Positions 29,719-40,464 of a stretch of 64,000 nucleotides of DNA are shown piece after piece. The DNA lies in NCBI GenBank assembly GCA_030599585.1, contig JAUVNS010000001.1, positions 192,001 through 256,000 of the forward strand. Direction: 5' to 3'. The notes under the pieces are model-generated. The model did not search any database and was not told the origin of the DNA. It saw only the letters and a list, made by a program, of their open reading frames with translations. The stretch's first letter is position 1. Each line of letters starts with the position of its first letter. Origin of the DNA: Promethearchaeota archaeon. Its GTDB lineage: Archaea; Asgardarchaeota; Lokiarchaeia; Sigyniarchaeales; SOKP01. Made by a program: the position numbers and the translations under genes.

Positions 29719-29934
29719 GTGGCTATTGAAAAAGTTAGAGAAGCAATTAGACTAAGGTTAGAAGAAATATACGAAGTAGAGTCAGAATATCAACAGGCTC
29801 TATCCAAGGTTGTAATTCCATTTTCTGAAATCTTTAGAAAATCAAGTTCTTCTGAATTCATTTCAAAAAATAACGACATCCCTTTTAGTAAATGGGATAA
29901 AAAATTTAAACAAATCCTGCTAAAAGAATTATAA
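29719..29934 (+). CDS. Small protein, IIPF/DIYxG family (member 2)
   Basis: SKVVIPFSE...DIPFSKWDKKFKQILLKEL. Confidence 0.65.
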   Translation: MAIEKVREAIRLRLEEIYEVESEYQQALSKVVIPFSEIFRKSSSSEFISKNNDIPFSKWDKKFKQILLKEL

Positions 29935-30045
29935 TAATTACGAACTGAGCGATTTCGCTACTAGATCTTAATCCTTTTTTAATAAATCTAAAAACTTAAA
30001 AATCCATTCTTTACATATTACTTAATATTGACTAATTAATTTTAG

Positions 30046-30420
30046 GTGAGTCGTTTGACAGAAGAAGAAGAAGAAGAAGGGTTTGCATTAGATCCAGAGC
30101 AATTAAACGTATTTTACGAGGTCCTTTTCAAAAGGATTATGGATGTAATGGATAATCCTAATGTTAATGTTAATCCCTTTGAGGATATGGTAAAAATTTT
30201 AAGCCGGTTAAGCGAAATATTTAGTTTTAAAAGCATGATAACAATCATTCCTGAATTAATAGGTTACGCAATAAAGTACGGTATGATGGTAGAAAAATCT
30301 TACGATGAAATAGGATCAAGTTTAGAAGAAGACGAACAAGGTTTTGGCCAAGACGAGGAAAAAGCTAAGAAAAGATCCGTAATTAAGAAAGATGTCGACA
30401 AACTTAGAATGTTTTTATGA
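30046..30420 (+). CDS. Acidic helical hypothetical protein
   Basis: 124-aa ORF with coding-like composition. Confidence 0.6.
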   Translation: MSRLTEEEEEEGFALDPEQLNVFYEVLFKRIMDVMDNPNVNVNPFEDMVKILSRLSEIFSFKSMITIIPELIGYAIKYGMMVEKSYDEIGSSLEEDEQGFGQDEEKAKKRSVIKKDVDKLRMFL

Positions 30421-30585
30421 CTAAAATTTATTTTTCTATTTTTATTTGATCAATTTCAAAAGAAATAAAAATATTGTACGAATTTCAGATTATTCCGTAT
30501 GTTTATTATTGAATGTAGCCTAAAAGAATATTAAAACTTAGTAAAATTTTAAAAGACAATTAATTATTTATAAACTAAGAAATCA

Positions 30586-31488
30586 GTGATAAATACCATG
30601 AATGAATTAAAATCCGAAGGTATTCCTTTTTATATAGTTGATGTATTTGCTGAAAGAAAATATTCGGGCAACCAACTCGCCGTTGTAATAAGCAGAAATA
30701 AACTTAACGGCGAAGAAATGCAAAGAATAGCCAAAGAAATGAATTACTCCGAAACTACATTTATTACATCTGTCGAGAATTACGATGTTAGAATCTTTAC
30801 TCCTGAAGTAGAGTTACCTTTTGCGGGACATCCTACAATTGGAACAGCTTACATATTACAGCAGGAATTCATGAAAGAAAAAGCTAAAACCATGTCTATA
30901 AACTTAAAAATTGGCCAAATTGCAATTTTATTCAAATATAAGGGTGAAATTCTTTCAGAAACATGGATGGTACATAATGAACCTGCATTCAGCGGGTTTT
31001 TTGCTCCTGATTTGATAGCCGATGTCTTAGGTATAAACGAAAAAGATATCGATGGCAGATTTAAAATTCAAGAGGTTTACAGTGGTATTTCTACTATCAT
31101 CGTACCTTTAAAATCATTAGATGCAATAAAAAAGGTAAGGATTAATAATGAAAACTATACCCACCTGATTCAAAATACACAAGCTAAAACTATATTGGTC
31201 TTTTGTCCTGAAACTTACGATAAAAAAAACGATTTAAATGTGCGATTTTTTGCTGATTACTATGGAGTTCCAGAAGATCCAGCCACTGGCTCTGCAAATG
31301 GTTGTTTAGCGGCTTACTTGGTGAAGCATGATTATTTTGGTAAAAAGAAAATCAATATTCGAGTTGAACAAGGCTATGAAATAGGGAGAAAATCGCTACT
31401 TCTTTTAAAGGCTGAAGAAAAAGAAGGAAAATTCTATATCACTGTTGGCGGCAAGGTTATACTAATTGCTAAAGGAACATTACTTTAA
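30586..31488 (+). CDS. PhzF family isomerase/epimerase
   Basis: VDVF...GNQLAV, NYSETTF, RIFTP..ELPFAGHP, EDPATGSA, EQG. Confidence 0.93.
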   Translation: MINTMNELKSEGIPFYIVDVFAERKYSGNQLAVVISRNKLNGEEMQRIAKEMNYSETTFITSVENYDVRIFTPEVELPFAGHPTIGTAYILQQEFMKEKAKTMSINLKIGQIAILFKYKGEILSETWMVHNEPAFSGFFAPDLIADVLGINEKDIDGRFKIQEVYSGISTIIVPLKSLDAIKKVRINNENYTHLIQNTQAKTILVFCPETYDKKNDLNVRFFADYYGVPEDPATGSANGCLAAYLVKHDYFGKKKINIRVEQGYEIGRKSLLLLKAEEKEGKFYITVGGKVILIAKGTLL

Positions 31489-31572
31489 CAGTAAATTGCA
31501 CAACGCCCGGTAGGTAAATTAACTAATTAATTGGAATAAATCTATTTCTTTAAATAATTTAGTTTAAAATTA

Positions 31573-31938
31573 TTGGTAAATTGCTCTATCGATTTAATAT
31601 TGGAAATAAAGATTTTAGATAATTGGAGAAAAGATCATCAGATTATCCTCGAGAAAATTATTTCTTTTGCGGAATTACCTGATAATAGAGAAATCCAGAA
31701 AAAAAAATTCTCGCTGTTGACTGAACTATTTTTAAAACTTTGTACTAATAAGAACTACGCAAGCAATTTTAGAAATTTTTCAAGCTTAATTTTAATCCTT
31801 CTCAACCTATACAAAAAGAATTATCCTGTTGATATTTTCTCCAAAGGACAGCTTAAAAATCCTGAAACTAAGAGAAATTCTTTTGAATTAAAAGATATTT
31901 TAAAACAAGAACTGCAGGATAGTAGCCCATTACTTTAG
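31573..31938 (+). CDS. Hypothetical helical protein; C-terminus weakly resembles the small-protein family
   Basis: PVDIFSKG...ELKDILKQEL. Confidence 0.5.
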   Translation: MVNCSIDLILEIKILDNWRKDHQIILEKIISFAELPDNREIQKKKFSLLTELFLKLCTNKNYASNFRNFSSLILILLNLYKKNYPVDIFSKGQLKNPETKRNSFELKDILKQELQDSSPLL

Positions 31939-32037
31939 TTAACAATGTACCAACGGACTATCAAATCATTAATTTTGTTGAGTCTATTTGGTTATAATTT
32001 AATAATTTAATGAGATAATAAATAGAGGGATCATAAA

Positions 32038-32238
32038 ATGAGTTCTAAAGTATCTGGAAAGAAATTTCATAAAAACTACTTAGCGCTCGAATTAGAGTTA
32101 TCTGATATAATTATCTCGTTTAAAGAATTGCTCGGTTATATTGGAGCTGAGGATATCTATTCTGGTAAAGAAGAAATACCTTTTAGAGAAAAAGTTATCG
32201 AATTTCAGAAGATAATGGTAAGTGAATTCGAAACTTAA
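32038..32238 (+). CDS. Small protein, IIPF/DIYxG family (member 3)
   Basis: DIIISFKE...EDIYSGKEEIPFREKVIEFQKIMVSEF; GAGG RBS. Confidence 0.7.
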   Translation: MSSKVSGKKFHKNYLALELELSDIIISFKELLGYIGAEDIYSGKEEIPFREKVIEFQKIMVSEFET

Positions 32239-32315
32239 ATTTTTTTTGCTACTTTTTTTAAAAGAAAAAGAAAGTTAGAGGATTTAATATCCTTTTAGAA
32301 TAACCTAACTTAAAT

Positions 32316-33704
32316 TTATAAATTTAATTCTTCTATGATTCTTTGATTTTCTGCTACTCTTTCCGTCGTGAGATCGTAATATTTCCAAAATACGAATGTG
32401 CCAATTAAAATACATATCATTGGGACTACTGCTAAGTGTATATGAATCCCAATTTTTGCTGATGCGCTATAAGGATCTACATCAAAACCAGTAAGAGCAT
32501 GGGCAAGAGTAAAACTTAACGCTTGAAAGAAAATCGCTAATCTTCCAAAAAACTGTTGAAACCCGGCATAAACACCTTCTTGACGCTTTTTAAGCTTTAC
32601 CACCGATTCATCTACGACGTCCGCTAAGACAGGAGCAATCATTGCCCAATATCCTCCTATTGATAATCCCCACACCGTTAAAGCAATTACGACAGCTATG
32701 AACTCTTCTAAAAATATCAATGGTATGGTAAAAATACCCATTAGTAAACCACAATAAACCATGATTTTTTTATTATCATTCAATTTATGAGCAGCTTTGA
32801 CCCATAAAGGCGTAGAAACTAATGCTCCTATGAGAAAACCGGCAAAGAGTGGGATGGCTGCTTTTTCGTCCAATCCAGCTAAATTATTTACGACATATGG
32901 AACAGATGCAGTCATTGATTGCACTAATGTACGATATAATGTATATGAGATGATGAAGGCAACAAAACTCTTTTGCTTTAAAGCATTACCTAACGATTTG
33001 AAAAAGGGAGGACCCTTTTCTCTTGACGTATGTGTTTCTAAATATCTATCAACAGCATTTTGATCGTCTCTTAGGCCAGGTATTGCTAAACCGAGAGCTA
33101 GCAAACCAACAATTATTACTGCCCCAGCAGTAACTACATATGTGGAGGGCACTCCTGTTGTTAAAAAAATAGGCGGGACAATCGCACCCATAGCAACGCC
33201 AACAAGACCTATTGGTATTTGTAGTCCTGTTGCAGTTCTACGTTCTTTAACAGATCTGAATTTATCAGGAAATAGCGAAGAGAAATTAACCCAGAAAACC
33301 GACGCAAATGTATCAAATAAACACGTAGTAAAAATTAACCAGGCAAACAGTAACCAAGCATCATTAACTGGATCTAAAGAGGGTGGCGTAAAGATAAGAA
33401 AATAACTTACTACAAATGGAACGCCTCCTATTATTATCCAAGGAAATCTCCTACCCCATTTTTTTGTGAATTTAAAAGGTCTGTTGGTAAGATAGCCTAC
33501 AAGAGGGTCATTTATTGCGTTGTAAACTGCGTAAACAAAGAATCCAAGACCTACTAACCAGACGTTGAGGTTAAGTTCGACCTCATAAAAAAAGAATGCG
33601 TAAGTACCAAAAGCCATTCCAACGAATTCGTTCATAAAATTACCGAAACCGTAGGAAGCCATGTTTATCTTTGAGTGTTTTATTTCACCAACTTCAGTTG
33701 ACAT
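32316..33704 (-). CDS. MFS transporter, GPH (MelB-like) family
   Basis: NAINDPLVG, WGRRFPW, LADVVDE...RQEGVY; ~12 TM. Confidence 0.9.
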   Translation of the reverse strand: MSTEVGEIKHSKINMASYGFGNFMNEFVGMAFGTYAFFFYEVELNLNVWLVGLGFFVYAVYNAINDPLVGYLTNRPFKFTKKWGRRFPWIIIGGVPFVVSYFLIFTPPSLDPVNDAWLLFAWLIFTTCLFDTFASVFWVNFSSLFPDKFRSVKERRTATGLQIPIGLVGVAMGAIVPPIFLTTGVPSTYVVTAGAVIIVGLLALGLAIPGLRDDQNAVDRYLETHTSREKGPPFFKSLGNALKQKSFVAFIISYTLYRTLVQSMTASVPYVVNNLAGLDEKAAIPLFAGFLIGALVSTPLWVKAAHKLNDNKKIMVYCGLLMGIFTIPLIFLEEFIAVVIALTVWGLSIGGYWAMIAPVLADVVDESVVKLKKRQEGVYAGFQQFFGRLAIFFQALSFTLAHALTGFDVDPYSASAKIGIHIHLAVVPMICILIGTFVFWKYYDLTTERVAENQRIIEELNL

Positions 33705-33864
33705 AATTTATCATTTTTGTTTAAATTATATTTGTTAATTTCATTATTTGGTAGAGTTATTTTTAAAGCTATAGTTTCTTTAAATAAGAAGCTATCTCGT
33801 GATTAATTAATGCGTAAAAAAGAAAAAAAATAATTTTTTTTTTAAGAAGGCTTTATTTAACTTG

Positions 33865-34257
33865 TTATTTTGCCATTTCCTGGTCGTAATAAAACCATGT
33901 AAACGCTACGAAGAAAAATAAAAAGATAACTGTTTGTAACCAGATAATAATCGGAACTGGAAACATAAATATTGAGTAAATATGAATAATTGTACCTATA
34001 GCGAGCCAGGTTATTTCCATTTGAACTATGATTTTAACATGGTGCCATTTGGTTTCTCTCCAAGCTAATAAAGAAGCTACAGCCAATCCTAAAAATATTG
34101 CTCCCAATACACGCCCAGTTACTGGATCTAAATAAGGCCATCCTGTTATACTTACATAGTATTCGACGACGAATGTAAAAATTAAACCAAAAATTACAGC
34201 TACAAAAAAGTGCACTAAAAATAGAATTTTTAATAGTTTTGAAATTTCTTCTTTCAT
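33865..34257 (-). CDS. Small 4-TM membrane protein
   Basis: Four hydrophobic segments; WPYLDPVTGRVLGA. Confidence 0.7.
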   Translation of the reverse strand: MKEEISKLLKILFLVHFFVAVIFGLIFTFVVEYYVSITGWPYLDPVTGRVLGAIFLGLAVASLLAWRETKWHHVKIIVQMEITWLAIGTIIHIYSIFMFPVPIIIWLQTVIFLFFFVAFTWFYYDQEMAK

Positions 34258-34406
34258 AAGTTTTAATCCCTCATTGTTCTAATATAGAGTATATCCAATT
34301 TCATTTTATATTTTTATTTAGAGAATTTCATTAAAGTAAGCTATTTGTTTTTGTTTATAAATCTTTCTCGATCAAGAACTAGCTTAATAATAGGCACTAT
34401 ACATTT

Positions 34407-35194
34407 TTACTTAAATTTTTGAACGAAATCTGATAAGGGCAAAAAATATTCTTGATTAAACGAGAGGATATTATTGTGACCGGCTTCTTTAATTAAAACT
34501 AATTTTTTCTCAACGCTATTGGGTAAATTTTGGTATAGCAATTGCGATTCAGAATATGGAATAATCCAGTCTTCTGTTCCATGAATTATTAAAGTTGGAA
34601 CTTGAAACTTTTGAACTCTGATGTCGTTCGAGTACTCTTTTAATGAATCTTGTGTTAAATATGGGCTATTAACACGAAATAAATTAGTCATCATATTAAA
34701 GATGCTAGCGAAACCACTCTCAAAAATAACACCCTTTAATTTGGACGGATTATGTGCTCCGATTTCTGCTGCACAAACGCTTCCAAGAGATCTGCCTGTA
34801 CGAATAGAGAATCGAGATAATTCATTTCAGCCAACCAATCTCTAAAAGCGTCGTAAATAGGCATCGCATCAGAAATTAAACTCGTAAAGTATGGTTCGCC
34901 TGAACTAAATCCATACCCTCTGAAATCAACAACGGCGAGATTTACATTAGATTCCAAAAATAAATGCGAGATATATTGATAATCAAAAGCAATCTCTCCG
35001 TTCCCGTGGAACAATAGAATTGTTGGATTTTCTGTCTTGGTTCCAAAAAAAAACCCTCCTATCGAGATATTATCAGAGATATCACATTTAAGAACTTTAG
35101 TATTTGATTCTAACTTGTCAGGTATTTTCATTTTTCGAGGATAAAAGACCACATTTGAAATCGTAGGATTGTCAATTAATAGATTTTTTTTCAT
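34407..35194 (-). pseudogene. Alpha/beta hydrolase (ABHD17/Bem46-like) split by a 1-nt frameshift near 34796
   Basis: FHGNGE and DFRGYG in the 5' frame; GRSLG, ESGF, IHGTED and AGHN only in the shifted frame. Confidence 0.85.
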
Positions 35195-35395
35195 AATTAG
35201 ATAAATATTCCAGTATCTTATTAAACTCTTTTTTCACCTTATGACTTTTTTGATAAAATAGCCTTTTAAGTAATAAAAAGACTTATTTAAGCGATTTATT
35301 ATTATTAAATCATATTAGATTTCACAAATGCGACGTGAACAATAATTTTCTTTGAAAGATACGCAATTCTCTTTGATAAATTTAATCGGAGCTAC

Positions 35396-36004
35396 ATGGT
35401 TTCAATAGGAGTTTTCATCCCCTTTTTTACAATCTCGCTTTCTACATTTTTATATATCTCAAGTGACTCGCCATTTAGTGTTTTTACGCATTATTTGAGT
35501 CATTTAGGAATCGGCCCGAATGGATCTAATATTGTTTTTAATTTAGGAAGCATGTTTTCAGGCGTCGTTATGGTGTTTTTTTTTTTAAACCTAAGCGTTT
35601 TTCTAATTAAAAAGGAAGTGCCGAGATATCTTGTTAATATATCTTTTATCGCTAGTTTGATATCGTCTATAGGAATTTTTATGATAGGGTTATTTCCTGG
35701 TGATGGATCGCAAGTTTTACATAATGTCGTATCAAGTCTTTTCTTTTTAGGTGGTTTAGCTTATTGCATACTTTATGGAATTGCAGAGTGGAAAGCTAAA
35801 GGTATTTCTAAGCTTCAAGCGCTATCAGGATTCGTAGTAGCTTTTTTTTTTATCGTGTTCATCTTTTTTACTGCTCTAATTTATTACAATATTGAAATAG
35901 CATTTGATCTTTCTCATTTTTTAGAGTGGATTCTTATGGCTGCCCTATTGTTTTGGATTATCGGACATGAAATTTCTATGATAAAGGACAAAAAATTAAC
36001 GTAA
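35396..36004 (+). CDS. DUF998-like membrane protein (may start at ATT 35345)
   Basis: HYLSHLG, FN.G, GLFP, LH...S..FF, EW motifs. Confidence 0.7.
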   Translation: MVSIGVFIPFFTISLSTFLYISSDSPFSVFTHYLSHLGIGPNGSNIVFNLGSMFSGVVMVFFFLNLSVFLIKKEVPRYLVNISFIASLISSIGIFMIGLFPGDGSQVLHNVVSSLFFLGGLAYCILYGIAEWKAKGISKLQALSGFVVAFFFIVFIFFTALIYYNIEIAFDLSHFLEWILMAALLFWIIGHEISMIKDKKLT

Positions 36005-36038
36005 AAAATCGTTTTTTTAATAATATTACGAAGCACAA

Positions 36039-36791
36039 TTAAGCCTTTCCTTGATTTGCAACGGCTTCAGTTGCTTTTTTAACAGCTTCTGGATCGCCTA
36101 AGTAGTAGTGCTGTATAGGCTTAAGATCATCGTTAAGTTCATATATTAATGGAATACCGGTAGGAATATCTAACTTTACTATTTCGTCTTCAGATATATT
36201 GTCCAAATATTTAACTAGAGCTCTTAAGCTATTACCGTGTGCTGATATTATCACATTTTTCCCACTCCTAATGGTTGGGGCAATTGTATCGTGCCAATAG
36301 GGTAAAAATCGTTCTACAGTATCCTTCAAGCATTCTGTTAAGGGAATATCTTTGGATTCAAGATCATTGTATCTCTTATCATTTCCGGGGTATCTTGGGT
36401 CTGAAGTATTAAGAGCTGGAGGAGGCGTATCATAACTTCTCCGCCAAATTAACACTTGTTCTTCTCCTATCTCGGCTGCTAACTTAGATTTGTAAAATCC
36501 TTGAAGAGCACCGTAATGTCTTTCGTTTAATCTCCACGATCTAAATACCGGTATCCACATTAAATCCATTTTATCTAATACGATCCATAAGGTTCTAATC
36601 CCTCTTTTAAGAAGCGAAGTATACGCAATATCAAAGGTATAATTGTTATCTTTAAGTATATTTCCCGCTTCCTCAGCTTCGATTACCCCTTGAACTGAAA
36701 GATCTACATCCGTCCATCCAGTAAATCTGTTCTGTTTGTTCCATTCGCTCTCTCCATGGCGTAGTAAAACTAATTTTTTCATTTTTATCAC
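36039..36791 (-). CDS. gpmA: 2,3-bisphosphoglycerate-dependent phosphoglycerate mutase
   Basis: [42 protein letters not shown]. Confidence 0.96.
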   Translation of the reverse strand: MIKMKKLVLLRHGESEWNKQNRFTGWTDVDLSVQGVIEAEEAGNILKDNNYTFDIAYTSLLKRGIRTLWIVLDKMDLMWIPVFRSWRLNERHYGALQGFYKSKLAAEIGEEQVLIWRRSYDTPPPALNTSDPRYPGNDKRYNDLESKDIPLTECLKDTVERFLPYWHDTIAPTIRSGKNVIISAHGNSLRALVKYLDNISEDEIVKLDIPTGIPLIYELNDDLKPIQHYYLGDPEAVKKATEAVANQGKA

Positions 36792-36883
36792 TATAGCTAT
36801 ATTAATTTAGATTTTTAAATTAATTTCAATTATAATAATTACCAATTGTAATGTAATTTTAATATAGAAGACCATACTTTTAG

Positions 36884-37561
36884 GTGTTATGTAAAGTGGA
36901 TGAAAAGGGTATTTTAAAAGGCGCCAATCGTAAAGAAGCGATGTGGAATAAAACTAAGCTTGGAGAACCGTTTAAAAAGGCTCTTGAGCGGTTTAGAAGT
37001 GATGTCATACCTCGTAGTGATTTTGACCCAACCTCGTTATTACAATTTGGATTGTTCATGTCTATGGCTGTCATCACTATTTTACAAGATGTCGAAAAAA
37101 AATTAGGTGAAAAAGGTCAAAAAGTAGTCATCGATGCTTTAATCAAAACTGGATATACCATGGGGAAGCAGATTCTTGAAGACGTACAAATTCCCGCAGA
37201 AATTTCCGATATAGAACTAATGAGTTTCTTAGCAACGATCGTAAATACTCAAGCTTGGACTTCGATTGAAGATCCACGAATTGACAACAAGGAACAATGT
37301 TCTTTTGACATACTTTGGTGCCCTCTGCAGGATGTTTATAAAGCCTTTGATTGTAGGGTTCAAAGATATTTAGTTCAAGGAATAATTAATGCCTTTAAAG
37401 ATTCTGGCGTATTACAACACGAGTATCAAGTAGAATTTAAAAAAACCATCCCAGCGGGAGCTAAGACTTGTTTGTTTCATATAACTAAGAAGAACCCAGA
37501 TGAAAAAGACAAATGGGAAGAATACTCAAAAGAACTCGAAAAGAAAGCGTTAGACAAGTAA
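36884..37561 (+). CDS. V4R/ATC-hydrolase-like protein
   Basis: WCPL...FDC...TIPAGAKTCLFHI. Confidence 0.65.
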   Translation: MLCKVDEKGILKGANRKEAMWNKTKLGEPFKKALERFRSDVIPRSDFDPTSLLQFGLFMSMAVITILQDVEKKLGEKGQKVVIDALIKTGYTMGKQILEDVQIPAEISDIELMSFLATIVNTQAWTSIEDPRIDNKEQCSFDILWCPLQDVYKAFDCRVQRYLVQGIINAFKDSGVLQHEYQVEFKKTIPAGAKTCLFHITKKNPDEKDKWEEYSKELEKKALDK

Positions 37562-37675
37562 CACGCGATTAAGGACTCAATATCAATACTAATTTGATTA
37601 TTAATTGTCTAGACTTAAATATTTGAAAAGAGATATTTTATATACAATTCTTCACCCTTTAATGAAATTAAAAAA

Positions 37676-38380
37676 ATGAGCCAAAAAAGATTTATAACTT
37701 CAATTGCAGTCCTTTGCTTAATTTTACTATCAATATTTCCTCTTTTTTCACTTGGTAGTACTACTTTAGGAGAGTCTACATTTCCTATTGAAGAAGAAAA
37801 TGAAATAATATGGGAAAGCGTAAATGCAACTGAATCGTGGTACATGGACGTTGAATATGTGAGATTCACCGCTTCAAAAATTTTTAACGAAACTTTTAAC
37901 AATAATAATTATCTATTTCTGAATTACACCTTAGAGTTCTACCACCGATTCTCTTGGGTACCACGCTATACAAATTCTTTTTACATGGCATATAATAAAA
38001 CGCTAAATTATTTGAACTGGTCTTCCGAAGGATTTCTGAAAGGCAATTTATTTTTATTTCCCACTCCACTTAATTTATCGCTCATAGGTGAAGCGGTGAA
38101 AAATGAAGGAATCCTAAACTATTCTATAATTGGAGAAAAACTCGTTTTAGAACACGATGGAAACAATACCATAATTGAACTATCCATTAATTCTTCAGGA
38201 GTATCTACAATTATTGAAAGAATTACAAACGGAACAACTATCTATAGATGGGAATTAAACGAAGAAGATATCATAATTAAAGTTCCATTTGGGAGCAATT
38301 ATTTGATAATTACAATCGTTTGTATAATTCCTCTTGTTATCCTTACGAAAAAAAAGATTACGAACTTTAGAAACCATTAA
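37676..38380 (+). CDS. Secreted, C-terminally membrane-anchored protein
   Basis: Signal peptide, several N-x-S/T sequons, VPFG followed by TM and KKK. Confidence 0.7.
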   Translation: MSQKRFITSIAVLCLILLSIFPLFSLGSTTLGESTFPIEEENEIIWESVNATESWYMDVEYVRFTASKIFNETFNNNNYLFLNYTLEFYHRFSWVPRYTNSFYMAYNKTLNYLNWSSEGFLKGNLFLFPTPLNLSLIGEAVKNEGILNYSIIGEKLVLEHDGNNTIIELSINSSGVSTIIERITNGTTIYRWELNEEDIIIKVPFGSNYLIITIVCIIPLVILTKKKITNFRNH

Positions 38381-38457
38381 CATTTAACGAAAATTTATGT
38401 ATTGTTTAATTTTTTCTTCAATTATAATTAGATTAAATTAGCAAAAGATGAAAAAGT

Positions 38458-39987
38458 GTGAGTGAAGAATTTTTTTGGTGGAATGACGAACAGAAAGCTA
38501 TCTATAAAGATGTGAGACAATTTGTCGAAGATAACTTCGAAGAAGCTGAAGAATACTTCTGGAATACCAAATTTCCGTGGCCATTAGTAAAGAAGGTAGC
38601 TGAAAAAGGCTATTTTGGAGTTGGAGTTCCAAAAGAGTACGGTGGTTTAGAATTAGGCGCTACTGGGAGTTGTATTGTGGCAGCACAACTGGGGAGACTT
38701 TACGCTGTAGGCCACGTATTTACCGTAAGCATGCTAGCTGGATTGGAACAACTATTGAGGTTTGGAACTGAGGAACAAAAGAAATCATGGCTTCCCAAAA
38801 TCGCAAGCGGAGAAGAATTAGGCGCTTTATGTATTACTGAACCGTTTGCAGGATCAGATGCCGCAAATGTTTTTACTTCCGCGACCAAAGATGGAGACGA
38901 GTGGATCCTAAATGGTAAAAAACGATTCATTACAGGAGCAGGAGTTTCTGATAGGTATTTTATTTACGCAAAAACTAGCGATGATAAAGATACTCGTAAG
39001 CAATATGGGCATATTACATCCTTCGTAGTGGAAAAAGGCAGACCAGGATTTAGTTTAGAAAAAATTAATCCATTGATTGGGTTTGATAACGTTCCTAACG
39101 GGTATATAGACTTTGATCACGTTAGAATTCCTGATGTTAATCGTATAGGTGCAGTTGGAAATGGATGGAACGTGATGATGGCTGGATTAAACTTTGAACG
39201 CTTAATTGGGGCAGCTGTTTTTAGTGGGTTATTTGAAGACGTAATAAATTTGTTATTTCACTTCACTAAAAGACGAGTTCAATTTAGAAGAACGACGAAT
39301 CAATTTCCGGGAATACAAGAAAAAATTGCTGAAATTATAACTAAAGCAAAAGTTTCAAGGTTGTTTTCTTATCACTGCGCAAAATTAATAGATAATGGGG
39401 GCGAACCGATGGTTGAAGCTTCGATAGCTAAAATGATTAATACTGAATACGCTAGAGACATAGGTCTTAAAGCTATTCAAGTTTTAGGAGGAGATGGGCT
39501 TACTAAATTCTTACCTGCTGAAAGAATTTTACGTGAGGCTAAAATAGGAGAAATTGTGGCAGGAACGACCGAAGTTCAGAAGATGATCATCTACCGGTTC
39601 TGTGCTATGCTTCCTTCCTACAATAAACCTATGAGATTGAAATGGAACGATAAAGTTAATGCACCCATTATTTCAAAGAAAGAGTCCCAATTCAAAGGAA
39701 TGGATATAACCGAAGAAAACGTGTTAAAAGTTATCTCTCACGATTATAAAGTTAATCCAGGCTTGTACATGACTCCTGACGATGTACGAGAAGATATAGG
39801 CGGGGGTAGATCTGAGTTGCGAAAGATTTTCGAACAACTGGAAGAACAAAAATTAATCGTTATTCATCGCGATCGCTCGGGAAAAACTGCCTTAGTTAAA
39901 GCTACTTACGAGGGATTACAAAAATCATTTCCAAAAGAATACTATCAGTGGTTTCCAGAATGGTATGAAAACGTTGATAAGTTTTAA
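38458..39987 (+). CDS. Acyl-CoA dehydrogenase with C-terminal winged-helix extension
   Basis: ITEPFAGSD, LNGKKRFIT, RRVQF, QVLGGDG, IVAGTTEVQ. Confidence 0.92.
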   Translation: MSEEFFWWNDEQKAIYKDVRQFVEDNFEEAEEYFWNTKFPWPLVKKVAEKGYFGVGVPKEYGGLELGATGSCIVAAQLGRLYAVGHVFTVSMLAGLEQLLRFGTEEQKKSWLPKIASGEELGALCITEPFAGSDAANVFTSATKDGDEWILNGKKRFITGAGVSDRYFIYAKTSDDKDTRKQYGHITSFVVEKGRPGFSLEKINPLIGFDNVPNGYIDFDHVRIPDVNRIGAVGNGWNVMMAGLNFERLIGAAVFSGLFEDVINLLFHFTKRRVQFRRTTNQFPGIQEKIAEIITKAKVSRLFSYHCAKLIDNGGEPMVEASIAKMINTEYARDIGLKAIQVLGGDGLTKFLPAERILREAKIGEIVAGTTEVQKMIIYRFCAMLPSYNKPMRLKWNDKVNAPIISKKESQFKGMDITEENVLKVISHDYKVNPGLYMTPDDVREDIGGGRSELRKIFEQLEEQKLIVIHRDRSGKTALVKATYEGLQKSFPKEYYQWFPEWYENVDKF

Positions 39988-40012
39988 AATCATTCTTTTC
40001 TTTTCTTTTTGG

Positions 40013-40363
40013 CTAGTCTTCTATTTTGAAGTCTTTAAGTAAACCAACTTTCTTATCAAGATCTATAGTTACAGCTAATAGTATTGTCTCTTCTGAGTCC
40101 TCAAACTCGGGATCGATCATTACAAAGTAAAATATTTTGTCGTTCGTATTGTATCCCATCTCTAATTCACCGCATTCTTCTGGTAGAATTTTTAACAGAT
40201 CATCAGAAGCGTTATTTCTCAATACCTCGTAGATCGAATTTTCGACGTTTGATTGACTCTGCCGTATTTCTTTAATCTTTGTAAAATCAAATTGACCCAT
40301 TGATTCTCCAGCTTTAATATTTAACTCGTTCCATTCTTGAAATAAGTCATTTAATTCTGTCAT
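40013..40363 (-). CDS. Hypothetical protein
   Basis: 116-aa acidic ORF. Confidence 0.65.
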   Translation of the reverse strand: MTELNDLFQEWNELNIKAGESMGQFDFTKIKEIRQSQSNVENSIYEVLRNNASDDLLKILPEECGELEMGYNTNDKIFYFVMIDPEFEDSEETILLAVTIDLDKKVGLLKDFKIED

Positions 40364-40464
40364 AATTTCTTTATCTTGAGAATAAAGATAAAGATTATTA
40401 TTATTCTATGAATAAAAAATGATTATCTCATTCTTTAAATTGAAGCTAATAATAATAATGTTTA

